A stretch of 64,000 bases of DNA from Minisyncoccia bacterium (GCA_038256975.1 JBBSJU010000002.1:65064-129063); one strand, 5' to 3'; positions 26,337 to 36,295 are shown, counted from the stretch's first letter. Numbers and translations: made by a program. The notes: generated by a model not told the origin, from the letters alone.

Positions 26337-27506
26337 ATGCCACCAACACACGCAAAAAATCCATACGAGAATGCAATCTTTTGGGTTGATGTTGAGAAGA
26401 TTGTTCCAAATCCGTATCAACCTCGGCGTGAGTTTGATGAGCAAGCACTCAAAGAACTATCTGATTCAATTAAACAATATGGGATTTTACAACCACTTGT
26501 TGTTTCGCGTATTGAAAACTGGAATGAAGATGGAAGTTTGAATGTAAGCTACGAGCTTATTGCAGGTGAACGTCGATTGCGAGCATCAAAATTAGCTGGA
26601 CTCACACAGGTTCCTGTACTTATTCGTGTTGGTGATGACTCTCGTGCAAAACTCGAACTTGCTATTCTTGAAAACTTACAACGTGAAGACTTGAATCCTG
26701 TTGATCGCGCCAAGGCATTCGCACAACTTTCATCTGAGTTTAATTTAAAGCACGGTGAGATTGGGCAAAAGATGGGAAAAAGTCGGGAATATGTTTCAAA
26801 TACATTACGACTTCTTACTCTACCGGAAGATGTGTTGAGTGCACTTGCCACAGGAAAGATTTCAGAAGGGCATACTCGGCCGCTCATGATGCTTATCGAT
26901 CGTCCTGAAGAGCAACTCACCTTGTTTAAGGAAATGCTTTTACGAAAGATGACGGTGCGTGAAGCTGAAGGCATTGCACGACGGATTGCGTATGACAAAG
27001 TGCGCAAAAAGGATCGCTTCTTTGATCCAGATATCGCTGAAATTGAAGGCTCACTTGCTGAAACGCTGGGTACTCGAGTACATATTGAAAAGAGGGAAGT
27101 TGGTGGAAAAATCTCAATCGACTTCTTCTCATATGAAGAGTTGCAATCTATTTTAGATCACATCAAAACAGGAGCTCCTGTTTCAAAATCAGGCATGCGC
27201 GAAATGATTGATAGGGTGAATCCAAAAGGTATGATGGCAGCCAGCTCTGTGATTCCTGCGGTTGCTCAAGATGTTGCCCCAGAGCAAACAATTGTTGAAG
27301 CACCTCTCGAACATCCGATGGTTGCCACAAATACAGTTGTAGAAACAACACCTCTTGAAAACGCTTTGCCTGTCGAGCATCCAGTGTATACAGAAAGTCT
27401 TGAGCAAGAAGAGAATCTCATTGATGATAGATCAAAAGAAGAAGTTAAAAAAGAAGAGAACACAGATGATCCTGACCTATATAACATTAATAACTTTGTT
27501 GTTTAG
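26337..27506 (+). CDS. parB: ParB/Spo0J partition protein with acidic C-terminal tail
   Basis: PNPYQPR, GILQP, IAGERRLRA, ENLQREDLNP, HTH KSREYVSNTLRLL. Confidence 0.93.
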   Translation: MPPTHAKNPYENAIFWVDVEKIVPNPYQPRREFDEQALKELSDSIKQYGILQPLVVSRIENWNEDGSLNVSYELIAGERRLRASKLAGLTQVPVLIRVGDDSRAKLELAILENLQREDLNPVDRAKAFAQLSSEFNLKHGEIGQKMGKSREYVSNTLRLLTLPEDVLSALATGKISEGHTRPLMMLIDRPEEQLTLFKEMLLRKMTVREAEGIARRIAYDKVRKKDRFFDPDIAEIEGSLAETLGTRVHIEKREVGGKISIDFFSYEELQSILDHIKTGAPVSKSGMREMIDRVNPKGMMAASSVIPAVAQDVAPEQTIVEAPLEHPMVATNTVVETTPLENALPVEHPVYTESLEQEENLIDDRSKEEVKKEENTDDPDLYNINNFVV

Positions 27507-27547
27507 ATAAATAAAAATACCGCCTCAAGTGCGGTATTTTTATTTAT
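27507..27547. terminator. bidirectional terminator (parB/gatB)
   Basis: aaaaataccgc/gcggtattttt. Confidence 0.8.
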
Positions 27548-27550
27548 CCC

Positions 27551-27647
27551 ATACACACTAGTTTAGAAATGCCTTGCGCAGGCGGGCAGTCGAGCGGAGC
27601 AAAAATTCACCAGAATTTTATGCGTGCATTTCTAAACTAGTGTGTAT
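27551..27647 (-). repeat. structured 3'-UTR / MITE-like element, copy B
   Basis: 22-bp perfect terminal IR; 29 nt of core identical to copy A. Confidence 0.85.
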
Positions 27648-27665
27648 TTTGGATGAGAGAGCGTG

Positions 27666-29081
27666 TTATTTACTCAACTCTTCTTTCAACAATTCTTGGA
27701 ATAGCCCCGGATTACCGGATCCCTTAGATGCTTTCATACATTGCCCCACAAAGAACATCAAGATGCTTTCTTTTCCTGACTTAAATTCAGCAACTTGATT
27801 TGGGTTTGACGCAATTGCTTCACGCACAAGAAGCCGGAGAGCCTCAGGGTCATTTTTCTGAATGAGGCCATGCTTTTCTGCGAGTTCTTTTGGAGACATT
27901 TTTTCACCTTGTACAAGCATTGCAAGAATATCTTTCGTACCTCGACTTGAAAGTTCGCCCTTGTCTGTCATAAGGAATAATTCTGTGAGTGCTTCAGCAG
28001 ATGGAAGTCTTGAGCCTTCTTTTTGTAAGAGGCCAGGAATATCCACGGTGAGATAGTTTGCAGCTGTTACGAGCATCTCTTTTTTGTTTGAGATACCGGT
28101 GATTGTGTCAAAAAGAACCCCATATACTTCATCAGAAACCAACTGTTCAGCTGTTTCTGATTTTAATCCCAAAGCTTGCAAGCGTACTCGTTTCTGCTGT
28201 GGAAGTTCTGGAAGTTCTGAGCGGATTTTTGCTACATTAAATTCTGGTACTTGTGAGAGATAGAGTTTAGGTAGATCTGGGTCAGGGAAGTAGCGGTATT
28301 CTTCAGCAGTTTCTTTTTTACGCTGACTGAACGTTGTGTTTGTGCTGTCATCCCAGCCGCGCGTCTCTTTTACAAACGGAACACCATTTTCAATCATTTC
28401 AATTTGTCGTGCTGTTTCGTATTCGATGGCTTTTTCTACTGATCGAAATGAAGCAATATTTTTTACCTCAACATATTTTGAAGCGGGTTTATTTGGATCT
28501 TCCGAAACAGAAATATTTACTTCGATGCGCATCTGGCCTTTTTCAATATTTGCATCTGAGACACCAAGTGTCCGTAAAAGAAGCTGTAGTTCACGTGCGA
28601 AATTTCCGGCCATTTTGGCGTTTTTAATTACTGGCTCTGTTACGAGTTCCATGAGGGGAACACCGGCACGATTGAAATCAACAAGTGAAGAGCCTGTTCC
28701 GTGAGAAGATTTTGCGGTGTCTTCTTCAAGGTGAATACGAGTGAGTTTTACTCCCGCTAGTTCGCCACCAGAGACCAGAGGATATTTATACTGACTAATC
28801 TGGTACCCTTTTGGAATATCTGGGTAAAAATAATTTTTACGATCAAATTCAGTAAAGTCAGGAATGATGCCATTAACAGCAACGCCCACTGTAATAACTT
28901 TCTTAATTGCTTCTTTGTTGGCGACAGGGAGGCTTCCAGGCTGGGCAGTACACACAGGACAAACATTTGTGTTCGGTAGCTCATTATCTGGCTCATTTTT
29001 ACATCCACACCACATTTTTGAGGCGGTTTTGAGTTCGGTATGGACCTCGAGTCCAATGGTTGTGTAATACTCCTTTGACAT
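27666..29081 (-). CDS. gatB: Asp/Glu-tRNA amidotransferase subunit B
   Basis: IGLEVH, FDRKNYFYPD, HLEED, DFNRAGVPLMELVTEP, YRYFPDPD. Confidence 0.97.
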   Translation of the reverse strand: MSKEYYTTIGLEVHTELKTASKMWCGCKNEPDNELPNTNVCPVCTAQPGSLPVANKEAIKKVITVGVAVNGIIPDFTEFDRKNYFYPDIPKGYQISQYKYPLVSGGELAGVKLTRIHLEEDTAKSSHGTGSSLVDFNRAGVPLMELVTEPVIKNAKMAGNFARELQLLLRTLGVSDANIEKGQMRIEVNISVSEDPNKPASKYVEVKNIASFRSVEKAIEYETARQIEMIENGVPFVKETRGWDDSTNTTFSQRKKETAEEYRYFPDPDLPKLYLSQVPEFNVAKIRSELPELPQQKRVRLQALGLKSETAEQLVSDEVYGVLFDTITGISNKKEMLVTAANYLTVDIPGLLQKEGSRLPSAEALTELFLMTDKGELSSRGTKDILAMLVQGEKMSPKELAEKHGLIQKNDPEALRLLVREAIASNPNQVAEFKSGKESILMFFVGQCMKASKGSGNPGLFQELLKEELSK

Positions 29082-29203
29082 GAAGGTAGTATAGCAAAAA
29101 GGTGCTTATTTAATAATAAAGATTAGGTGTTTGACTAGTGTCTATTTTAATGTTAATGAATTAAGGTAATCACGGATGGTCCGTGAAGGGAAAAGGAAAA
29201 AGA

Positions 29204-29782
29204 ATGAAGCTGATCTTTATTGTGCTGCTCTCTGTACTTTCCAGTTCTGTATTTGCTGGCGGTGGCAACGTGCAGTTTCTGTATGCCACTGATCCAGGAG
29301 CTACGGTTACTCCGGAGTATCTCTGGAAAGGTGAAAATTGCGGAGGTCTCAGTTTTGTGGACCTCTACGAAGATTCCAGGTTTTTTACGAACAATGTTAT
29401 CGACTGCGCAGTCTCCGACAATTTCTTCGTTGGTACTGAGCTTTCCGCAAACAATCGTGGAGAGACCGCCAAGCTCGGTATCGGAAGATCTTTTTCCGTT
29501 CCGGGTATGAAGGTCTTCCGGGTCACTGCGTATCCTGGTGTTTGGAGTGAGTTTGGCGACCAGCCGCAAGTGAAATTTGTTTGGTTGACCAATGATTGGC
29601 AGCTGACCGACACCTTAGCGATGTATTCCACTGGCTTTTTTCGCGCCAGAAAAGATGCTCCAGATCTCTATCAGCCGCAGGTGTGGCTGAAGAAGGAGGG
29701 GATAAATTTTCAGCTTGGATGTGAGGTGCTGGGAGTTGGTAATCACTCTGATTTCCAGATCGCCATCAAATATGTGTTTTGA
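29204..29782 (+). CDS. exported beta-barrel-like protein (DUF5020/Tsx-like)
   Basis: Signal peptide ending VFA; alternating amphipathic strands; QPQVW; C-terminal IAIKYVF. Confidence 0.6.
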   Translation: MKLIFIVLLSVLSSSVFAGGGNVQFLYATDPGATVTPEYLWKGENCGGLSFVDLYEDSRFFTNNVIDCAVSDNFFVGTELSANNRGETAKLGIGRSFSVPGMKVFRVTAYPGVWSEFGDQPQVKFVWLTNDWQLTDTLAMYSTGFFRARKDAPDLYQPQVWLKKEGINFQLGCEVLGVGNHSDFQIAIKYVF

Positions 29783-29802
29783 TGCGCCAAAAGATGAATG
29801 GT

Positions 29803-29827
29803 AAAGGCCCGATGAGTCGGGCCTTTT
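29803..29827 (+). terminator. terminator
   Basis: aaaggcccga/tcgggcctttt. Confidence 0.75.
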
Positions 29828-29868
29828 ATAATGTCGAACATTTTTAATAATCTAGGTATAATGTATCA

Positions 29869-30897
29869 ATGAAAAAAATTCGAGTAGGAATCAATGGATT
29901 TGGTCGCATCGGCCGAGCCTTTTTACGGGTTGCACACAAAAATCCTGAGATAGAAGTTGTTGCAGTAAATGATCTTGGTGATGTCCATAACCTTGCGTAT
30001 CTTTTGCAATACGACACCGTATATCGAAATCCTGGTTTTTCTGTTGCTGTATCTGCAGATGCAAAATCAATTCTTGTTGATGGTGCACCCCTTACATTTC
30101 TTCAAGAAAAAGATCCAACTCTTTTACCGTGGAAAGCTCTTGATATAGATGTTGTTGTTGAGTCTACCGGACTTTTTGCAACATACGAAAAATCTCAAGC
30201 TCATATTCAAGCGGGTGCAAAGAAAGTCGTTATCTCAGCTCCCGCAAAGGGTGATACTGGTAGTGCGCAAGGTGAAACTATTTTGATGTCGATTAATGAA
30301 GAAAAGTTTGGCACGTGCGATATCACTTCAAACGCATCATGCACCACAAATGCCGCTTCACCACTCATCTCTATTTTAGATGAAGCGCTTGGTGTAGAAA
30401 AAGCAATTCTAAATACTGTTCATGGCTACACAGCAAGCCAAGGAATTGTGGATGGTCCAAACAAAAAAGATTTTCGAGAGGGCAGAGCTGCGGCGATGAA
30501 TATTGTTCCATCATCAACTGGTGCTGCTATTGCGGTTACTAAAGCATTTCCAAAATTAGAAGGACTTTTTGATGGTATTTCTATTCGAGTTCCTGTTGTT
30601 GCTGGCTCTATTGTTGATATTACTTTTATTGCAAAGCGAGATACAACCAAAGAAGAAGTAAATGCTATTTTAGAAAAAGCAGCTAAGAGTGAAAAGTGGA
30701 ATAAAGTTTTCTCAGTGACGCACGATCCAATTGTCTCAACAGATATTCTTGGAGAAAGCCACGCTTCAATTGCGGATTTGGAAATGACGCGAGTTGTTGG
30801 AGGAAACTTAGTAAAAGTTTTAGGATGGTATGACAATGAAATGGGGTATACATACACACTTGTGGATCATGTACTGAAGACAGGGAAGACTATTTAA
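29869..30897 (+). CDS. gap: glyceraldehyde-3-phosphate dehydrogenase
   Basis: GINGFGRIGR, SNASCTTN, SSTGAA, WYDNE. Confidence 0.97.
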   Translation: MKKIRVGINGFGRIGRAFLRVAHKNPEIEVVAVNDLGDVHNLAYLLQYDTVYRNPGFSVAVSADAKSILVDGAPLTFLQEKDPTLLPWKALDIDVVVESTGLFATYEKSQAHIQAGAKKVVISAPAKGDTGSAQGETILMSINEEKFGTCDITSNASCTTNAASPLISILDEALGVEKAILNTVHGYTASQGIVDGPNKKDFREGRAAAMNIVPSSTGAAIAVTKAFPKLEGLFDGISIRVPVVAGSIVDITFIAKRDTTKEEVNAILEKAAKSEKWNKVFSVTHDPIVSTDILGESHASIADLEMTRVVGGNLVKVLGWYDNEMGYTYTLVDHVLKTGKTI

Positions 30898-30959
30898 TTT
30901 TTGACAAAAGATAGTTCGAAGTGTCTAATACAGGAAGTTGCTCTTTGAGTTTGTTCAAA

Positions 30960-31013
30960 TGTGGTCATAGCGAAAAGTTGCTTACAAATAGGCTATTCTT
31001 CGCTATGACCACA
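30960..31013 (+). promoter_or_regulatory. long leader hairpin downstream of a TTGACA promoter and boxA-like motif
   Basis: tgtggtcatagcgaa/ttcgctatgaccaca 15-bp stem; TGCTCTTTGA at 30939. Confidence 0.55.
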
Positions 31014-31048
31014 CTAGGTCTTGGTTCTTCCTCGGATGAGAGGGAAAA

Positions 31049-31747
31049 ATGGGCAAATTAGCCCAAGGGGACACGGTTATGAATGAATTCGCAATCGCAG
31101 ATGTATTGCCTGGCAAACTGAACGCATTGGTGAAAAATATCATGCTTCAGACCGGTGAGACTGACCCGAATAAGGCAGTCAAACTTATCAACTCGGGCAA
31201 GTGGGTTGCTGCAGAGTGGGACCGTTCGTGGCACCGAGAAAACGGCCTCATTCGATTCTCGGTTGGACCTACGGATGGAGCTACGAGTGATCAATTGGTG
31301 TCTCGTCTGGAGGCGAGGAATGTCTTGAGTTTCGCTGATCAAGGATTTTACTCAGGGTGTGAGTCAAGCAAAGGAATTGTGACCGAAATCGCGGTCCTTC
31401 CAGGCACTCTTTTTCCCCACAAGAAGCCGAGAACAAATAACTTTTTGACTGAGGTAAAAAATCGTGGGCTCTTGAAGCCGAGCCGAAAAATAGCTTTTTT
31501 GATCGCTGAAAAGTTCACACATAATGAGATCAAAGCTATGGGATTAGGCTACATTATTGTAATGCCTGGGTCGATCGAGTGTCTCCCAGATTTCGGTCGC
31601 CATCCAGAAACGTTTTCTGTGGCGCGTGTTCCGGAGTCTGGATCTTTGGCTCTTACGGATCTTACCAACACTCTGGTAGCAGACTCTTTAGGGTGGGATC
31701 GTGAAGATTGTGCGTTTGCATTCACGGTTTCAGAGCGCCAGCTCTAG
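31049..31747 (+). CDS. hypothetical protein
   Basis: 232-aa ORF with SD-like GAGAGG and terminator 31771-31800. Confidence 0.7.
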   Translation: MGKLAQGDTVMNEFAIADVLPGKLNALVKNIMLQTGETDPNKAVKLINSGKWVAAEWDRSWHRENGLIRFSVGPTDGATSDQLVSRLEARNVLSFADQGFYSGCESSKGIVTEIAVLPGTLFPHKKPRTNNFLTEVKNRGLLKPSRKIAFLIAEKFTHNEIKAMGLGYIIVMPGSIECLPDFGRHPETFSVARVPESGSLALTDLTNTLVADSLGWDREDCAFAFTVSERQL

Positions 31748-31839
31748 CTCTGGGGTTGCAAATAGTCGATACCCCGCTGTGTCTTGCAGCGGGGTTTTGT
31801 TTTGTCGAATATTTTTTATGAACCAGGTATAATGGAAAA

Positions 31840-32295
31840 ATGAAAATCTTTCTCTCGTCAGATCATGCTGGATTTGAACTTAAAGAGCGGGTGGAGAAAT
31901 ATCTCCTCTCACTTAATCACGATGTGCAAGATTGTGGGGCAGAAACATATATTGAAACCGATGATTATCCAGATACTATTTCACCTGCAATAGAAGCACT
32001 TATTCAATTTGGAGTTGAAAATGCACGAGCCATTATTTTTGGTGGTTCAGGGCAAGGCGAGGCAATTATCGCAAACCGATACCACGGGATTCGTGCAGGG
32101 CTCTACTACGGGGGCAACTTAGACATCGTGCGACTTATGCGTGAACATAACAACGCAAACGTACTTTCGCTTGGCGCACGCATGATGCGGTTTGATGAAG
32201 TTCAGGCTGCGGTTGATATTTTTTTGGATACTCATTTTTCAACAGAGGAACGTCATGGGCGTCGCATTGCAAAAATTGATGCTATTACAAAATGA
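31840..32295 (+). CDS. rpiB: ribose-5-phosphate isomerase B
   Basis: SDHAGFELK, DDYPD, GGSGQG, REHNNANVLSLGAR, RHGRR. Confidence 0.93.
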   Translation: MKIFLSSDHAGFELKERVEKYLLSLNHDVQDCGAETYIETDDYPDTISPAIEALIQFGVENARAIIFGGSGQGEAIIANRYHGIRAGLYYGGNLDIVRLMREHNNANVLSLGARMMRFDEVQAAVDIFLDTHFSTEERHGRRIAKIDAITK

Positions 32296-32984
32296 GTATG
32301 CACATTATTCCCGCAATTCTGCCCGAAAATTTTGAAGAAATAGAAAATAAAGTTGCACGTGTGGCTAAGTTTGTACCTTGGGTCCAAGTAGATCTCTGTG
32401 ATGGTAAATTTGTGCCATCTCAAACATGGCCATACAATGATGGTGGTTTCGAAAATATTCCACAAGATACTGAGCTTCCTTTTTGGCAGGATATAAACTA
32501 TGAATTTGATTTGATGGTTGCTGACCCAGTGTTCGCTGTTGAAAAAGTAATGGAGCTTGGTGGCATGCGTGCTGTGCTTCATGTGGGCTCGGCAAAAGAA
32601 GATGAAATGCTGAAAGCGCTTCGTGCGCTTGAGCACTACGATATGGAAGCTGTACTTGCGATAGATAACAATAGACCTCTCGAAGAGCTCTTTGCACTCC
32701 TTGATAAAGATCATCAGGTACACGCTGTGCAATGTATGGGTATAGAGCGACCCGGATTTCAGAGGCAGTTATTCGATGAGCGAGTTCTCGGAAGAATTAA
32801 ACTGATTAAAGAAAAATATCCCGAGATGACTGTTTCTGTTGATGGTGCTGTAAACGAAGAAACAGCACATCTTCTTGTTGAAGCAGGAGCAGATAGACTT
32901 ATTTCTGGTAGTGCAATCTTTGAGTCAGGTGATTCCCTTGGTACAATAAAGAAGTTAGAACGATTGTTCAATACTACCCAATAA
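32292..32984 (+). CDS. rpe: ribulose-phosphate 3-epimerase
   Basis: IIPAIL, QVDLCDGKFVP, DLMV, PGFQRQ, VDGAV, GAD..ISGSAIF. Confidence 0.9.
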   Translation: MSMHIIPAILPENFEEIENKVARVAKFVPWVQVDLCDGKFVPSQTWPYNDGGFENIPQDTELPFWQDINYEFDLMVADPVFAVEKVMELGGMRAVLHVGSAKEDEMLKALRALEHYDMEAVLAIDNNRPLEELFALLDKDHQVHAVQCMGIERPGFQRQLFDERVLGRIKLIKEKYPEMTVSVDGAVNEETAHLLVEAGADRLISGSAIFESGDSLGTIKKLERLFNTTQ

Positions 32985-33835
32985 TGATGCAAACCCTTAC
33001 TGATGAAAAAATAGAAATGCTTACACAGAAAGCGAATGATATTCGTCAGTCGATAATCAAAATGCTTGTGGAAGCGGGAAGCGGACACACTGCCGGACCT
33101 TTAGGTATGGCTGATATTTTTACCGCGCTCTATTTTTATATTATGCATCATGATCCACAGAATCTTACGTGGAAAAATCGTGATCGACTTATTCTCTCAA
33201 ATGGACATATTTGCCCAGTACTCTACGCAACTATGGCACATGCCGGATACCTTCCAGTTGAAGAGCTTCAAACGTTGCGTAAGTTTGGGTCAAAACTTCA
33301 GGGGCATCCACATCGAGAATATTTTTCTGCACTTGAAACTTCATCAGGTCCGCTCGGATCTGGACTTTCGCAGGCAGTAGGTATGGCGCTCGCTGATCGG
33401 TTAGATAATGGCATAAAGTCATCAGTATTTTTTTATACAATGCTCGGCGATGGGGAATTAAATGAAGGACAAGTGTGGGAGGCGGTACTCCATGCAGGGA
33501 AAGAAAAGTTGCGGAACATTATCGCAATTGTTGACCGTAATAACATCCAGATTGACGGGTATACCGAAGATATAATGCCTCTCGAGCCCCTTGCGGATAA
33601 ATGGCGAGCGTTTAATTGGCATGTACAAGAAATAGACGGACACAATTTTCAAGATATTATTTCTGCTGTTGGCGAAGCGCAAGCGGTATTTGATCGACCG
33701 TCTGTCATTATTGCCCATACTATTCCTGGCAAAGGAGTAAAGATGTTTGAGAATGATTACAAATGGCACGGTATGCCTCCAAACAAGGAACAGGGTGCGC
33801 TCGCAATTGAGGAATTAAAAAAGATGAATAATTAA
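32984..33835 (+). CDS. transketolase N-terminal subunit
   Basis: GSGH, DRLILSNGH, LQGHP, GDGE..EG..WEA TPP motif. Confidence 0.93.
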   Translation: MMQTLTDEKIEMLTQKANDIRQSIIKMLVEAGSGHTAGPLGMADIFTALYFYIMHHDPQNLTWKNRDRLILSNGHICPVLYATMAHAGYLPVEELQTLRKFGSKLQGHPHREYFSALETSSGPLGSGLSQAVGMALADRLDNGIKSSVFFYTMLGDGELNEGQVWEAVLHAGKEKLRNIIAIVDRNNIQIDGYTEDIMPLEPLADKWRAFNWHVQEIDGHNFQDIISAVGEAQAVFDRPSVIIAHTIPGKGVKMFENDYKWHGMPPNKEQGALAIEELKKMNN

Positions 33836-33838
33836 TTT

Positions 33839-34042
33839 ATGAAAACAATAAAAACAATCATTGGCGGGATTTTTCTTTTTGGTGGAATCGTCGTGTTTCT
33901 TTGGGGATTGTACGCATTCATTCCGTCTATCTTGGGAATGAACGCTGAGATATCTTTTGCGGGAGCAATTGCAGGAATTGGCTTTGTAGCAATCCTTGTG
34001 GGTGCGGTTTCATTCTGGATTGGAAAGACGCTTCTCAAATAG
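33839..34042 (+). CDS. small two-TM membrane protein
   Basis: Two hydrophobic helices; starts 3 nt after the tkt-N stop. Confidence 0.65.
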   Translation: MKTIKTIIGGIFLFGGIVVFLWGLYAFIPSILGMNAEISFAGAIAGIGFVAILVGAVSFWIGKTLLK

Positions 34043-34090
34043 CTTTTCTTGTGTGTTTCTAGTGTTTTGGTGGTATAATTTGAGGCACAT

Positions 34091-34423
34091 ATGCAATTAT
34101 TTTTAGACATCGTATTTCAATTAAGTGTTTTCGCGGTAAATATTCTTTTACCACTCTCACTTGCGCTTATAATCGTTGGTTCCGCACTTCTACACAGAAG
34201 TATTTTGAAATCAGCATTCTTCTCAGGAGTTGCTGTTGCGGTTTTTTATCTTATTATTTTAGGTGTTCAAATGAAACAAATTGCTGATTCTGGAACAGCA
34301 CTTGCTGATGTTTTTGCAAACGTACAGGGTGTTATTGGCCTTGTGCTCACTATTGTACTTCCGATCATTATCGGTATCATTGTAGCGATTGTAAGTAGTC
34401 GTCGTTTCAAGAAGATTGTTTAA
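34091..34423 (+). CDS. three-TM membrane protein
   Basis: Hydrophobic helices; TATAAT upstream; terminator about 34438-34472. Confidence 0.7.
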   Translation: MQLFLDIVFQLSVFAVNILLPLSLALIIVGSALLHRSILKSAFFSGVAVAVFYLIILGVQMKQIADSGTALADVFANVQGVIGLVLTIVLPIIIGIIVAIVSSRRFKKIV

Positions 34424-34506
34424 TAAGAGTTTAATTAAAAACAAAACGACTCATTTGAGTCGTTTTGTTTTTTGTGATGATATACTAAGAATAATACAAA
34501 GCCTGT

Positions 34507-35469
34507 ATGAAAATAAACTCGTCGGATGTTCAATACGCTCCTATTCGTCAAGGGTTTGGCGAAGGGTTGCTTGAGGCAGGAGAAAAAGATTCTCGCATTG
34601 TTGCTTTATGTGCAGATTTAACCGATTCGACTAAAATTTCTTTATTTAAAGAAAAATTTCCAGAACGTTTTTTTGAAGTAGGAATCACAGAACAAAATAT
34701 GTCAGGAGTTGCTTCAGGGATGGCGGCTATGGGTAAGGTTCCATTTATGGCGTCCTACGCAATGTTTTCTCCTGGGCGGAATTGGGAACAAATTCGCACC
34801 ACTATTAGTTATAATGATGTAAATGTAAAAATTGTCGGCGCCCATGCGGGAGTTTCTGTCGGTCCAGATGGGGGTACACATCAAGCTATTGAAGACATTG
34901 CTCTCATGCGGGTTCTTCCACGAATGACTGTTGTGGTTCCATGTGATGCTGTTGAAGCAAAAAAGGCCACACTCGCTATTGCTGAAACAGTGGGTGCTTC
35001 GTATATTCGTCTTGGTCGTGAAAAGACTCCAATTGTTACTGACGATGCAACTCCGTTTGTACTAGGAAAGGCGTATACGATTTTTGAGTCAGAGGTGCGG
35101 AATGACGCAAAGAAGGTCGGAATCATTGCGTGCGGTACGCTTGTGTATCACGCAATCGGTGCAGCCCAAAAGTTGGAAGAAGAAGGATGTGAGGTTGCGG
35201 TTTTAAATCTTCACACAATTAAGCCTCTTGATGCCGAAGCGGTTCTTTCTTTTGCAAAACGCTTCGAAAAAATTGTCACCGCAGAGGAACATCAGGTTGC
35301 GGGTGGTATGGGAAGTGTGATCGCAGAATTCTTGGCTCAAAATTATCCTGTGCCAATGCGATTCATTGGTATACAAGACAAATACGGACAATCTGGTACC
35401 CAAGACGAACTTTTCAAACACTATAAACTTACCGCAGATGATGTTGTCAGAGCGGCAAAGGAACTTTAG
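34507..35469 (+). CDS. transketolase C-terminal subunit
   Basis: ADL..S, GITEQN, GPDGGTHQ, YIRLGR, IKPLD, EEH. Confidence 0.93.
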   Translation: MKINSSDVQYAPIRQGFGEGLLEAGEKDSRIVALCADLTDSTKISLFKEKFPERFFEVGITEQNMSGVASGMAAMGKVPFMASYAMFSPGRNWEQIRTTISYNDVNVKIVGAHAGVSVGPDGGTHQAIEDIALMRVLPRMTVVVPCDAVEAKKATLAIAETVGASYIRLGREKTPIVTDDATPFVLGKAYTIFESEVRNDAKKVGIIACGTLVYHAIGAAQKLEEEGCEVAVLNLHTIKPLDAEAVLSFAKRFEKIVTAEEHQVAGGMGSVIAEFLAQNYPVPMRFIGIQDKYGQSGTQDELFKHYKLTADDVVRAAKEL

Positions 35470-36295
35470 TTTTTAACTGAAGCAGTGTGGCGTATACAGG
35501 CTCAAGGCTTCCGTCATCCTCAATAACAAGGTCAAACTTTTCTGCAAATCTTGGAAGTAAATCTATCTTTTCCTCTGGATCTTTTTCATTGAGAAGCCCT
35601 ATCCGAACTATGTGATGGTGATTCTGATCCAGTACCATCCTTGCATCGCTAAGTGAATCGCCAAAAAGGAGCACATCTTTTCTTTCAAGAAGTTTTTTGT
35701 GTGTTTCGGGAAAAGATTTCAATATATTTTCATCTTTATTAAGTGCGTGAATGAGTGGGGGAATGTATGAGCTAACAAGATCATCTTTATATTCAAATCG
35801 ATTAGAAATGATAGTTACATTTTCAAATAAAATACTGTGACGCTCAAGAAAAGATCGGATTGAATCAAACCCTGTGCCAGATGCTGAAAAAATAATTATC
35901 GGAATCTGGTTTTCTTTTGCAAAACAAAACAAATTAACAACTCCTTCTCTAACAAGAAGACTCTTGTGGTACGATACTTCGTGGATGTTTTTTTGAGAAA
36001 GTTTATGTTTGATGAGTAATTGAATGTGTTTTTGCCACCACTCTTCCATTTTCTGCGTCTTTATTTCCAAAGGAATACTGGGATCAAGTTCAATAGGTTG
36101 GTATGTAGACATTAAAGCATGTGCTTGTTTTGAGTACTCTTCGTTTAGAATATTTTCATTTCTAAAAATGGAAATAATGGAAGGGGTTTTTACTATCCCG
36201 TTATATTTTTTGTTTATTGTTCCATCAAAGTCAAAAATGAACGCTACTTTCTCCGAGTGTATTTTTTTAATTTTTTCTTGGAAAGGAGTGTTCAT
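35447..36295 (-). CDS. HAD pyrimidine 5'-nucleotidase (cN-III/UMPH-1-like)
   Basis: FDFDGT, YQPIE, KMEEWW, IFSA, ISN, GDSLSDARM. Confidence 0.8.
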   Translation of the reverse strand: MNTPFQEKIKKIHSEKVAFIFDFDGTINKKYNGIVKTPSIISIFRNENILNEEYSKQAHALMSTYQPIELDPSIPLEIKTQKMEEWWQKHIQLLIKHKLSQKNIHEVSYHKSLLVREGVVNLFCFAKENQIPIIIFSASGTGFDSIRSFLERHSILFENVTIISNRFEYKDDLVSSYIPPLIHALNKDENILKSFPETHKKLLERKDVLLFGDSLSDARMVLDQNHHHIVRIGLLNEKDPEEKIDLLPRFAEKFDLVIEDDGSLEPVYATLLQLKTKVPLPL

